NCBI GenBank assembly: GCA_963778655.1
Contig: CAVZVA010000010.1
Location: 96,001-160,000, forward strand
Length of the DNA stretch: 64,000 nt
Direction: 5' to 3'
Origin: an uncultured delta proteobacterium
GTDB lineage: Bacteria; Myxococcota_A; Polyangia; Polyangiales; JAFGIB01
Shown here: positions 39,970 through 50,239 of the stretch, piece by piece
How the letters are laid out: the number at the start of each line of letters is the position of its first letter
How positions within the stretch are numbered: position 1 is the stretch's first letter
Made by a program: the position numbers and the translations under genes
The notes under the pieces: generated by a model
Seen by the model: the letters and a program-made list of their open reading frames with translations, nothing else
Database searches by the model: none
Told to the model about the DNA's origin: nothing

Positions 39970-41175
39970 TTACTGCACCATGATGACTTGGCTCTGGCAG
40001 CCGAGCAGGATGTCGAGCTTGGCACCGGTGTCTTCGCTCACCGCAGCGCAGCTCGCGTCGCACAGCTTGATGCTCTTGGGCGCCTTGGGATCGTCGTAGT
40101 ACCAGCCGCCGCTCTGGGCATCGCACGCGCTCGGGTCGGGCGCCCGCAGGATGACGACCGGCTGCCCGGCTTGCGCGCCCGTGCTCGGGGTCGACGTCAC
40201 GTTGACCTCGTCGAAGTCGACGGCCGTGGCGCCGGTGGGCGCGGGCAACGCATACTCGCACGGCAGCGTGGCCCGCATCCGGATCTTGTCCAGGGCATCG
40301 ATCAGCTGCTGCGTCGTGTCCTGCCCGTCGTCGACGATGAACGCCTGGTCGGTACCCCCACTCTGCGCCACCTGATCGAGCGCCGTGAGCCCGCTGCCCA
40401 CGCCGATCACGAAGCTGCGGATCGAGGGCATGGCCGCGAGCCCGTCGGCTGCGGTCTGCGCCACGCTGTCGGTCGTGCTGCCGCAGGTGTCCGGCTCGCC
40501 GTCGGTGGCGAGCACCACGGCCACGACGTGATCCGGGTGCGCCATCTGCCACTGGCTCGCGTGATCGATCGCACCTTCGAGCGCCGGGCCGGTGGGCGTC
40601 ACGGCGATCGGAAGGTGCGATGCGATCGAGTCCGAGATCGCTTGCGCGTTGTCCGGCAAGGGCGCGATCTCGACCTCGGGCAGCGCGTAATCGGGAGCGT
40701 CGCACGAAATTCCGAGCCCAAAGTACTGGATGCCCACGCCCACGCCTTCGGCCTCGGGTCGCGTCACGAAGGTCTGCAAGGCATCGGTAATCGAAGACCA
40801 ACGTGTACCGCTGCCGGCCGGCAGAATCATCGAAGCCGATTGATCCATCATGATGTAGAGATCGACCGGAACCGACTTCGCGCTCTGCGACTCTGCCGCG
40901 CAGGTGGTCGAGGCGTCCGCGCCGACTTCCTGCACGGGTAGCTTCGCGGTCTTCAGTCCGGCATCCGCCGCGTTGCCGTAGCTTCCTGGCGTCCCGGGCG
41001 CGGAGCTGCCGGCCGATGCGTGCGGCGGCGGCACGGAGCTCGAATCGGCCGCGCGTTCCGCGCCACTGGGGGCTCCGCTCCCGCTGCAGCCCGCGCCCAC
41101 AGCCGCACACACGAGCGCCATGACGCCGAGCGCCAGTGCGCTTCCTCCCCGGGTGCCGAATGACGTCTCTCGCAC
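39970..41175 (-). CDS. VWA-domain lipoprotein
   Basis: DLYIMMDQSASM (MIDAS DxSxS), TPTGPAL, VLATDGEP, FVIGVG and a Cys-rich C-terminus. Confidence 0.88.
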   Translation of the reverse strand: MRETSFGTRGGSALALGVMALVCAAVGAGCSGSGAPSGAERAADSSSVPPPHASAGSSAPGTPGSYGNAADAGLKTAKLPVQEVGADASTTCAAESQSAKSVPVDLYIMMDQSASMILPAGSGTRWSSITDALQTFVTRPEAEGVGVGIQYFGLGISCDAPDYALPEVEIAPLPDNAQAISDSIASHLPIAVTPTGPALEGAIDHASQWQMAHPDHVVAVVLATDGEPDTCGSTTDSVAQTAADGLAAMPSIRSFVIGVGSGLTALDQVAQSGGTDQAFIVDDGQDTTQQLIDALDKIRMRATLPCEYALPAPTGATAVDFDEVNVTSTPSTGAQAGQPVVILRAPDPSACDAQSGGWYYDDPKAPKSIKLCDASCAAVSEDTGAKLDILLGCQSQVIMVQ

Positions 41176-41586
41176 AGCCCTCCGTCCCGCTGTGAGCGGG
41201 TGCGACCATTTCGGCTCAGCTCGAGCCGAGCTCCGTCGCCGAAGCGAGCGGGCGCTCAGCGTCGTCTCGCCGCTCCCTGGGCGCAGCCGCAGCCATCGCC
41301 GTAGTGTGCCATCCGTGGATCGCGCGCTCAGGCGGCCTCCCGATAGTACCGACGAACGCGGTGCAGGACGTCGCGCGGCGCGGCAAGATCGCGTAGCGAC
41401 CAAACCGTGCTGCGGCCTGCTCTGCACGTTTACCCGCCGCACCTGCCCCCTACAAGGATGTTGGCGCGTGAGGGACGAGTGCTGCCGGATGCGGCTGCGT
41501 CATCGCGCCTACAGAATGTTCGACGCCGCAGCCATGGCAAGGCGCCGCGCGCCCATTCTACAGCCTTGGGGCGTTGACGACACACG

Positions 41587-41753
41587 CTAGTGCTCTGACC
41601 GAGCGCTTTTGAACCGAGATCGGGTCTGAGGTGATGCTGAGCGGGGCGCCGGTTGACGAAGGAAGGGTAGCCCCCCTTTCGAGGAGAGCGGCGCCGTGGG
41701 TAGCGTCAGATCGAGCGCGAGGTCGGATCCAAACCGCTCGGTCAGAGCACTAG
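41587..41753. mobile_element. 167-bp MITE with 31-bp terminal inverted repeats
   Basis: CTAGTGCTCTGACCGAGCG.TTT.GA.CCGA at both ends in inverted orientation; no transposase ORF inside. Confidence 0.8.
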
Positions 41754-42051
41754 ATGCTCGGATAGACGGCTCAACCATTTCCGATCGCATAGTGCACTTT
41801 GGTATTGCCTAGACCAAGGTGTCAGTTGGGGCGGTGCTGGCTTCAGCACACTCCAGCGCGAAGCCCGAAGCTCTCGGTGCGGCATTGGCAGCTGACATGC
41901 CTCGCGATCCGAGTCCCAGATGCGAAGTTGCCGACACCATCGTCTGATTGCCGTACCTGCGCTTGTGACGACATTGCTCTCATGTAACCGAGCGTGTCGT
42001 GCCGTCGTTGGGCGAGACGCGAACAAGCACCCTCTACGGAGCCGTATCGAT

Positions 42052-42879
42052 ATGAGATCTCATCTACCAGAACGACACCCCATCGAGCCGCCAGGCACAG
42101 TTGGCGGGAGATCGGCCGAAGGCCTTCAAAGTGAGCTCGGCCCCCCCGTTGGCGCTACACTGGCCAACTTCCGACTCACAGCTTTGGACGCTCCGCGACA
42201 ACGCCGCGACAACGCATCGATCGAGACGCATGATCCGGAAGAACTGCGAACGCGCCTGGATCTTCTGGATGCAACGCCCGCGGCCGGAACGATCGAGCTC
42301 CCTACGTTCAAGCGTATCGATTCTCGAGAGAAGGCTTTGAACGTGGTCAGACGCGAGGCGGATCAGGACGGTTCCCCGGCAACGATCGATGCGGGAGTCT
42401 GGTTCGTCTGCTTCGTACCAGGCGTCCGGAGGCAGTGGTGGCATCCGCTCGTGCACAGAAGTCACAAGCACGTATTCGCGATGCGACCCGAGCGCGACGG
42501 CAAATGGACTCTGTTCGAGCCCTGGTGGTGTCGCCTGCTCGCCGCTTCGCTCGATCCTGGCCAGGCCCGCAAGTTCCTCACGTGGGCAGCCGCGGGTGAC
42601 GTGGTGGCCGTGCGCGAACACATCCCCGGCAGGGGCAGCCAGCTGCGCGGCTGGATGACCTGCGCCGGGTTGGTGTCCTACTTGCTCGGGCGGCCGTACT
42701 GGGTCTGGACGCCGCACCGCTTCTACAGACTGTTGCTGCGTGAGCTGAACGTCTGGCGCGTGGACGTATTCGCCCTGCTGGCGCTCGGCGCGGCCGAGTT
42801 GTCGACCGCAGCGCAGATGATCGCCGAACGCCAAAATGTCGCGCCAAGAAGGCTACTTTGCAGAAGTAGTGATCGGTGA
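42052..42879 (+). CDS. Hypothetical protein, possible permuted papain-like fold
   Basis: HKHVFA...FEP...MTCAGLVSYLLG..WVWTP..FYRLL, with His before Cys; start uncertain. Confidence 0.55.
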   Translation: MRSHLPERHPIEPPGTVGGRSAEGLQSELGPPVGATLANFRLTALDAPRQRRDNASIETHDPEELRTRLDLLDATPAAGTIELPTFKRIDSREKALNVVRREADQDGSPATIDAGVWFVCFVPGVRRQWWHPLVHRSHKHVFAMRPERDGKWTLFEPWWCRLLAASLDPGQARKFLTWAAAGDVVAVREHIPGRGSQLRGWMTCAGLVSYLLGRPYWVWTPHRFYRLLLRELNVWRVDVFALLALGAAELSTAAQMIAERQNVAPRRLLCRSSDR

Positions 42880-42948
42880 ACAAGGGCACGCTCGAAGCGA
42901 TTCGGCAGCAGCACGCTCGAACGCGCTTGCGATCGTAGAGTCGAGTCG

Positions 42949-43932
42949 ATGTTCCACGCCATGCTCGCCGCAGTCGTGTTTGTCCTGCTCGCGCTCAACG
43001 CGATAGCGTACTGGCACGCGCGCGCGCTGCTGCGCTTCGAGGCCGCGGGCACCAAGACCAAGGACCCCGAGCAACTCAGCACGCTGGAGAAGCTCGGCGT
43101 CCTGGTCATGGGCGCGCACGTGCCCAAGCCGACCGACGCCCGGACGCCGAGCGCACACGGCCTGGCTTACGAGTCACACATGATCACAGTCGGTGCGCGC
43201 GTGAAGCTGGGCGCGTGGTGGATCCCGAGCGCTGCTCAGGCGGAGCCGGGCGCCGGCGCGGGCGCGCCACCGCGCACGGTGATCTTCTTTCACGGCTTCA
43301 TCGATTCGAAGGCGCAGCTGCTCGACGAAGCGCTGGCGTTTCACACGCGCGGCTTTGCCGCGTTGATGGTCGACTTTCGCGGCAGCGGCGACTCCAGCGA
43401 GCGCTACACCACCGTCGGTCACGACGAAGCCGACGACGTGCTCGCCGCAGTGCGGTACACGAGCAAGCGGCTGGGTGTACCCGCACCCGTGCTGTACGGC
43501 TGCTCGATGGGCGCGGCGGCGGTGCTGCGCGCATTCACGCTGGGACTGCGCAGCGACGAAGTCTCGGGCGTGGTGCTCGAGGGCGTGTTCGACCGTATGC
43601 TCGGCACGGTCAAGGCACGCTTTCACATCATGCACCTGCCCGCGAGCCCCTTCGCCGAGCTCTTGGTGTTGTGGGGCGGCGTGCAGAGCGGCTTCTGGGG
43701 CTTCGGTCACAACCCGGTCGACTACGCGCCATCGTGCCACGTGCGCGCGTTGATGCTGCACGGCGGCGCCGATCAAAGCGCGACGCTGCCGCAAGCCGAG
43801 CACGTTTACGAGGCGCTGGCGGGAGACAAGACGCTTTGCGTGTTTCCAGGCGCGCAGCACGAGCCGCTGTTGGCGTACGATGCGAAGCGCTGGAACGATG
43901 CGATCGACAAGTGGTTGGCGGCGATGCGCTGA
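42949..43932 (+). CDS. Alpha/beta hydrolase with an N-terminal anchor
   Basis: FHGF, DFRGSGDS, GCSMG, HGGAD and PGAQH. Confidence 0.9.
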   Translation: MFHAMLAAVVFVLLALNAIAYWHARALLRFEAAGTKTKDPEQLSTLEKLGVLVMGAHVPKPTDARTPSAHGLAYESHMITVGARVKLGAWWIPSAAQAEPGAGAGAPPRTVIFFHGFIDSKAQLLDEALAFHTRGFAALMVDFRGSGDSSERYTTVGHDEADDVLAAVRYTSKRLGVPAPVLYGCSMGAAAVLRAFTLGLRSDEVSGVVLEGVFDRMLGTVKARFHIMHLPASPFAELLVLWGGVQSGFWGFGHNPVDYAPSCHVRALMLHGGADQSATLPQAEHVYEALAGDKTLCVFPGAQHEPLLAYDAKRWNDAIDKWLAAMR

Positions 43933-44297
43933 GCAGCCCGCGGAACCCGCGCACGCACACTGCGCGAACGCCGCCGCTAGGCGAAACAACGCGCGCACGC
44001 TCCGCAGTCGCTTGTGGGAAACAGGGGGCGCCTCGGGGAGCCCGCTGGACGGTCCTCGTCGTCAGCGCCGCCGCCATGCTCAACGACCTCTGCCGCGCTG
44101 AGCCGCACGGCTAGGCGCGCGGGCTCGCCGCGGCGTCGAACGAGCCCCCTGCTATCGATGACCATCAGCATCTCGCACACCGGCCGGCCATCGGGTCCAC
44201 GCGCGTACGCGCGCCCTTACGTCGGCAAACAAATGCCGTGGAGCTCCACTGTGTTCATGCCGAGTCCATCGATGCCGCCGCGAAGCCGTGAGCGTGG

Positions 44298-44732
44298 CTA
44301 GCGCTCGCCATGAGCTTGCAAGCGCGGGTCGTCGTGCCTGTCGACGTATTCAAGACCGAGCGGGCCAATCGCCGTCACCTGCGTCACGTACTCGCCCGAC
44401 TTCGCCCAGTGAAAGTGGGATGTGCCACCGGGAAGCACGACAACACTGCCAGGCGGAAAAGCCTGCACCCTTCCGCCATCGAACTTGTCGCCCAACCCAA
44501 TGTAGAAGACGCCCGAAATTACGGTATAGACCCGGTCCTCTGGATGCTTGTGCGGCATCAGCTTGACCCCGTCCGGCACTTTGACCCTGATCACATAAGG
44601 ACCGACCTGAAAGGGCCTCCCGACCACCACCGCGAGGCGGACAGAAGGAGGAAAAGCCGCAAAGGACCTCCAATCAATGCTCTCAGGCAGAACCCACCTG
44701 AATTCAGCTTCACCTGGCTGATGGCTCGGCAT
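44298..44732 (-). CDS. Cupin domain protein
   Basis: PHKHPEDRVYTVISG...PGSVVVLPGGTSHFH. Confidence 0.88.
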   Translation of the reverse strand: MPSHQPGEAEFRWVLPESIDWRSFAAFPPSVRLAVVVGRPFQVGPYVIRVKVPDGVKLMPHKHPEDRVYTVISGVFYIGLGDKFDGGRVQAFPPGSVVVLPGGTSHFHWAKSGEYVTQVTAIGPLGLEYVDRHDDPRLQAHGER

Positions 44733-44769
44733 CTCGTGTGTCCCTTCATGCAAGTAATGCCGTTCTGTA

Positions 44770-44945
44770 GGTGCTGGCCGATCAACTCGGTCAAGTCACC
44801 CTCGCGCGCGCGCGGCGGTAGCAGCTCGGGGGTAAACACGCCGAGACGGTAGAACAGGTCGGCGCGAAAGCGCCCGTCTGCAGCGCCTCGACGTAGATCC
44901 CGATTGGTGGAGGCGATGATTCGCACGTCGGCCTCGAGCATCGAA
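44770..44945 (-). pseudogene. Sigma54-activator AAA+ domain fragment
   Basis: DVRIIASTNRDL...FRADLFYRLGVF..PP.R.REGDL. Confidence 0.8.
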
Positions 44946-45019
44946 GTCCCGTGACGTCTTGAGCCGCGACACGGCCCATTGCTTTGTATACCAGCATCGC
45001 CGAATTCTCCTCTCTTTGG

Positions 45020-45275
45020 CGAATCGTCCTTCTTGAGCAGAGCTTCGTTCATCCTTGCACGTCGCCTGCTCCAGAGAACTTCATGCGCTCAGAACGCGTG
45101 CGAATCCATTGGACGATCGTATCGATGTCGAGGATGAGACAGTCCGCCGCCATCCCGACAGGTGAGGAGAGGAAGTCAAGGGCGGAGGAAAGCGCGCACG
45201 CCTCGAGCTGACAAGCAGCAACGGCGGCAGGGATTCGCGCACGGAGCTCGCCGTCGTCGACGACGGCAACCAGGG
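45020..45275 (-). pseudogene. Decayed response-regulator receiver domain
   Basis: VAVVDD...SALDFL...DCLILDI. Confidence 0.5.
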
Positions 45276-45504
45276 GCAGGGGGGGGCAGGGGCGCATGGC
45301 GCTTGGAAGTCTCGTCGCTCATCTCGGTGCGACGCGGCTTCGGTCTGGACCGCTCCCAGACTGCCTCATTCCGCCGCAACGCAACGTGATACTTGGTAGC
45401 AGCGCGCGTTCTTGCGTGCTGGCAAGGCGACCGACGACGACCTAACAATCCAAGCCTCGCGCCGCCCTGCATGGGCGTCAGTCGTTCGACTCGACGCTGC
45501 GGCG

Positions 45505-47256
45505 TCACAAATCGATCACGAGCTCTCGAGTCGGTCGAGCGCAGCAAACCAAGAGATTGCCCTGCGCAGGGGCGTCGAGCGGCGCGGGCTCGTACGCCAC
45601 CGTGCCGGAAATCAATCCGGCCTCGCAGGTGTGACACACCCCGGCGCGGCAAGACCAGCGAGCGCGGACGCCACACGCTTCGGCCAGCTCCAGGATGCTT
45701 CCATAGGCCGACGCCTTCCAGTGTGCGGCCACGCCACTGCGGGCGAAGGACACAAGTGGACCGGTGTCGGCGTCCCCCGCAGGCGGATGCGGTGCTCGCG
45801 TTGCCGTACCGACCACACCCGGGGTCATCGACTCGCCACCATCGAAGACTTCGGCATGGATGCGCGCGGGCTCCACGCCAATCACCGCAAGGGACCCTTT
45901 CGTCTCTTCCATAAAGCGAGTCGGCCCGCACAAGTAGACCTCCGAGTCACGCGAGAGAGCGACCTCTTCGAAAACCGATCGCGACAGGTGACCGACGGCG
46001 TCGAAACCTTCACCTCTGACGTCGCCCGCGCCCGGCCTGCTGTAGCAAATGAAGCTGCGGCCCTGCGGGAGCGCGCGCATGAGGCGGCGGACCTCGGCAG
46101 CAAAGGGATGATGCTGTCCATCGCGAGCACCATGAAGCCACAAGACCTGCCGCGGCGAGCGGACGTCCGCGAGCGCGTGCAACATTGCCAGAACAGGCGT
46201 CGCGCCGATCCCTGCGCTGAGCAGCACCACCGGCCGCTCTCCGGATTGAAGGATGAAGCTGCCGCGCGGCGAGCTGACGTCGATCTCGTCACCCACCCGA
46301 ACGTGGTCGCGCACGTAGGCGCCAGCCGCCCCGTTCTGCTCGATCTTCACGCTGATCCGGTAGCGTTCCGTCGAGCTGGGCCCGGAGAGCGAGTAGCTGC
46401 GAAAGAGCTGCGGGCGGCCCGGGGCTCCTCGAAAGCGCAAGACCACGTACTGTCCCGGCAGGGCGGCCAGCAGTGATCGATGGTCTGCGCTTCGGATCGT
46501 CAGCGAGACGACGTCTGCGGATTCGCGATCGACCGCTGTGACCGCGACGGGCCGGAACCCTGGCGCAGCCGGATGCGCAGCAGCTGCCGGCACGAGTCCG
46601 GCATTGCCGCTCGCTTCACTCTGCAACAATGCCTCGAACGAGGCACGCCACCCAGGCGGCAGCGCTTCGATGCGCAGTGCACGCTCCAGCCGATCACGCT
46701 CGTGGTCGGGCGAATACAACAGCGCGTTGATCTCAGAGACAGTCATCCGCACCTTCGCCTCGCCCACCTTCACGATCTCGTCTCCTGCGCCCACGTCGCC
46801 CTCTCCAAGGACACGCAGGTAGAACCCCGGCCGCCCGCTGGAGGTCAACAGCGCTGGCATGCGCGGTTCGTTCAGGCGAAATCCGACGCGGTAGCATGTG
46901 ACGCGAGGCTGGGTGACCTCGAACAGGGCGCTGCCGATCTGGTAGCGATCCCCGATGCATGCGGCGTCGTCAGGTAGTCCTTCGATCGTGAAGTTCTCGC
47001 CGAACTGACCATAGGCGAAGTCATGTCTGCCGAGGTGTTTTTCCCAGTATCGATAGGATTCGATCTGATAGACGAGCACCGCGCGATGCTCACCGCCGTG
47101 CCCGGTGAGGTCGCCTTGGCCGTCTGCCTCGAGATTCGTTCTGCCGACGCGACACCGGTCATGCACCGGAGCCTTCCATACGCCGGTGTGGACGGTTCGC
47201 CCGTTCCAGGCAACGTCGCGTGGAAGGCCCACGTTCACAGAAAGCAGTCGCGCCAT
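45505..47256 (-). CDS. MOSC domain + FAD/NAD-binding reductase + 2Fe-2S ferredoxin fusion
   Basis: GQFGENFT and QPRVTCYR (MOSC); RSYSL, AGIGATP and YLCGP (FNR); WSCRAGVCHTC...CC (2Fe-2S). Confidence 0.92.
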   Translation of the reverse strand: MARLLSVNVGLPRDVAWNGRTVHTGVWKAPVHDRCRVGRTNLEADGQGDLTGHGGEHRAVLVYQIESYRYWEKHLGRHDFAYGQFGENFTIEGLPDDAACIGDRYQIGSALFEVTQPRVTCYRVGFRLNEPRMPALLTSSGRPGFYLRVLGEGDVGAGDEIVKVGEAKVRMTVSEINALLYSPDHERDRLERALRIEALPPGWRASFEALLQSEASGNAGLVPAAAAHPAAPGFRPVAVTAVDRESADVVSLTIRSADHRSLLAALPGQYVVLRFRGAPGRPQLFRSYSLSGPSSTERYRISVKIEQNGAAGAYVRDHVRVGDEIDVSSPRGSFILQSGERPVVLLSAGIGATPVLAMLHALADVRSPRQVLWLHGARDGQHHPFAAEVRRLMRALPQGRSFICYSRPGAGDVRGEGFDAVGHLSRSVFEEVALSRDSEVYLCGPTRFMEETKGSLAVIGVEPARIHAEVFDGGESMTPGVVGTATRAPHPPAGDADTGPLVSFARSGVAAHWKASAYGSILELAEACGVRARWSCRAGVCHTCEAGLISGTVAYEPAPLDAPAQGNLLVCCARPTRELVIDL

Positions 47257-47597
47257 ATTCGCTTCTCCAGCACCGGCGAAGCAGACGCATGCGCCCGCCC
47301 GGGGGTTCGCAATACCGCAGCCTCCGGTCGCTCGTCCTGCATGAGGAACCCGCCGATCGCCTTTGGTGTGAACGGGTTTCCCCGCCGACACGTTTCCATC
47401 TCGACCTAATGCGCAATTAGAACCGACCAGCGATGATGGCAATGATACGAAGGTCCTCCCAGTTCAAGCCAAGGATTGGTACGGCCGGTGCCGGGCGCTC
47501 GATCGTCCACGATCACGTCTGCGTCACGAGCGAAGCGTGGCTAGCGCCTCATACGAACGGCCCTGTATGCGGTACAGCCGAACCAAGCAGCATGTGG

Positions 47598-47695
47598 TCG
47601 CGCGCGTCTTGGCCGACGGAGCGGTGGATTGCTTGGTCAAGCCGTTCAATGAAGATTCCCTGCTGAAGGCGATCGGTCAGGCGTTATCTGGCTAG
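47598..47695 (+). pseudogene. Response-regulator receiver C-terminal fragment
   Basis: LADGAVDCLVKPFNEDSLLKAI. Confidence 0.55.
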
Positions 47696-48112
47696 ACCGA
47701 ACGCCGCCCGCCCACGTCCCGAGGCTCTGCAATGAACGAGCTAGCAAGTTCGCCTCAACGGACATCAGCGACGAGCGCATCAACACCGCTCAGGACTGGC
47801 TTCGATTGCACGTAACGCGGATCAGCTGGCTCTGCTCTCGACTGTGCGGAAAAGAGGGGGATTGGCCGGGGACGGTACCTTGGTCAGGCGATACCAAAGT
47901 CCACTATGCAGGCGAGAACAGTGGATCCATCTATTTGGAGCATCCAACGTGTGTCGCAACACGAGGGGCTCTCATGGGCTTTGCAACGAAGATCGCGCAG
48001 GTACGGTCGAATCGGGCTTCGCGCAGCTGCTGGCGAATCACACTCGACAACCCTTGGTCAGCAGCGCCGCCGGCCGCAGAGCCGACGTCGAACGTCACTT
48101 GGAGCACACACA

Positions 48113-49339
48113 ATGACCAGTGAACACATGCCACTAGAAATCGTGCATACGAGCAATTTGCTTCCGACACGCGCTGTCGATGCAGTCCTTGGCCCGTCCG
48201 GCCTCCAGGTACTGCCTACGTGGCAGACCGTGGTCGTCGGCGGCGCTACGCGAGAGCCACCAGTCGCCGGCGCGCCTTCCGACTCACTATTGGGCGCATT
48301 CGATCTGATCGCGCGCAGAGGTGAAGGCCCAGCCAGCTGGGCGGCACCATTGGGCGGGGATCCGATCGCCTTTCTGTTGGACAGTATGAGCGATGCGGCG
48401 AACCTGTGGCGGGCGGACGGCACGCTCTGCTACCGCAACCGGGCTTCGCTCGCGCTCGGGACAATCGCTAGCGCACCAGCCGACCTCGGCGAAACCGCAA
48501 GCGCCATCGAGGCGTTCTACGTGCAGGGTCAAGGTTTCGAACGCCGTTGCATGCGCTGCCGAATGTGCGCGACGCCCTATGTCCTCGAGGTGATTCGTGA
48601 GCTCGCGCGGCCCGAAGCGAATGACGAAGCGACAACGGGAGGCGCCTGGCCGAACATCTCCGCCGACGCAGGGTCGGTCGCGGTGAGCCACGAGTTGCGC
48701 GGCCGGCGAAACGTTCTCACCTTGAACAGCGACGGATTGCTGTGCGCTGCGCGCTCGAGCGGAACCGAGTTGTCGCGCGCATCGCTACTCAGGCGTTTGG
48801 AGCGGCTCGATCGCGCGTTGCGCTCGATGCGCGAGCTCATGGGAAGGGTGCTCGAGCTCCAGCGGAGGCAGCTGGCCGCCGTGTCTCGCCCGCAGGTCGA
48901 CCTGTGTGCGGTCGTCCTGGAGGTGCTGGATTCCGAACACAAAGCGCTACGCTCCGCGGGCTGCGCGTGGACACTCGTCACGCCAAAAGCGGTCACGGGC
49001 CATTGGGACGCGCGGCTGCTGCGCGTCGCGATCGGCAACCTTGTGAACAATGCGCTCAAGTTCGGTGCAGGCCGGCCAATCGCGATCAACGTCGGAGAGC
49101 GCGACGCCGCGGCGTTCGTACGTGTCGCCGACCAGGGCAGCGGCGTGCGACCGGAAGATTACCAGTCCATTTTCGAGCGTACGAGCGGACGGGCGCGCGT
49201 GAATGGGTGGGGCCCGGGGCTGTGGCTGGTGCGCAACATCGCTCGGGCCCACGGCGGCGACGTGACTGTACGCAGCGCGCCGGGCGAAGGCGCAGCGTTC
49301 ACCTTGAGCTTGCCGCGCCAGCTCACCGGCACACGGTAG
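48113..49339 (+). CDS. Sensor histidine kinase, possibly degenerate
   Basis: VSHELR H-box, NLVNNALKF, VADQGSG, GPGLWLVRNIA.AHGG and GAAFTLSLP. Confidence 0.7.
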   Translation: MTSEHMPLEIVHTSNLLPTRAVDAVLGPSGLQVLPTWQTVVVGGATREPPVAGAPSDSLLGAFDLIARRGEGPASWAAPLGGDPIAFLLDSMSDAANLWRADGTLCYRNRASLALGTIASAPADLGETASAIEAFYVQGQGFERRCMRCRMCATPYVLEVIRELARPEANDEATTGGAWPNISADAGSVAVSHELRGRRNVLTLNSDGLLCAARSSGTELSRASLLRRLERLDRALRSMRELMGRVLELQRRQLAAVSRPQVDLCAVVLEVLDSEHKALRSAGCAWTLVTPKAVTGHWDARLLRVAIGNLVNNALKFGAGRPIAINVGERDAAAFVRVADQGSGVRPEDYQSIFERTSGRARVNGWGPGLWLVRNIARAHGGDVTVRSAPGEGAAFTLSLPRQLTGTR

Positions 49340-49599
49340 TCCGCGAAAACACACTGGCGAACTGGTCCCGTTTCAACCGACTCTACATGGGACCAGCTCA
49401 CACCTTCATAGATTGTGGCCTACGCTTAGCTAGTACCATGCCCACGGCTTCGCAAGGGCGTCCATGATCCTTTGGTATCGGTCCAAACCCGAGCGTTGCG
49501 AGCTGCACCGCGGGCGCGGAGCGCATGCGCGACGCCCCTCAGCGCCGATGCGCCGTTACGCGTGGTCAACGAGGCACTGGCGCGTTGCCAGCGCCCACG

Positions 49600-49925
49600 G
49601 TTGGCACGCCGCCGTCGGCGGCAGTGCCCTTACAGGCGACATCGACGACCTGGCGCTGCGCGTCGGTGAGCCATGCGATGGGATTGAGTTCCGCGGCTGC
49701 CAACAGCTCCGACACCCGCGTCTCGGAATACTTGCAGGAGACTTCCGTGCGGATGGCCGCCCACGGCCCCAGCTCGAGTCTGTAACCGGCCAGAGTCACG
49801 GTCTGCTGCTAACCAAATCCCCGATGGCGTCGCCGGGATCTGCGAGGATCGACCGTCGATCTGCGCCAGGTAATATTTGGGCAAGCGCGTGATCTCATTG
49901 AACAGCTCACTGCCACCATCGTCGC
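49600..49925 (-). pseudogene. egtD: L-histidine N-alpha-methyltransferase (EgtD) remnants
   Basis: GSELFNEITRLPKYYL (N-terminal) and IRTEVSCKYS...WLTD (C-terminal), with the middle deleted. Confidence 0.7.
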
Positions 49926-49954
49926 ACGCTGGCCGAGTTGCAAAGAGACGAGTC

Positions 49955-50200
49955 GCCGGAGTACACCGATCCCGAGCACAACCCCATGATTCCTCACACG
50001 CTCGTGCTGGAGCGCGGCTTGCGCGTCTACAAGATCCACAACGGTCACTGGTTCTTGGGGCGGCCGACGGTGGAGAAGCTGCGGCTCTACGCGCCGTGTT
50101 ACTGCGTTGCTGTCCCGACTGGGACATCAACAGCGCGGGGCAGCGAAGTGCTTGGGCGAATGGCGACGAGACGAGGTTCTTCCCGTACGGAATACCGTAG
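49955..50200 (+). pseudogene. C-terminal fragment of a redoxin-like protein, frameshifted
   Basis: EYTDPEHNPMIPHTLVLE.GL.VYKI.NG.WF.GRPT and PDWDI...FFPYG. Confidence 0.55.
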
Positions 50201-50239
50201 GCGCAACTGTTGGCCGAAGAGGACTGACGCGGAGTTGTC

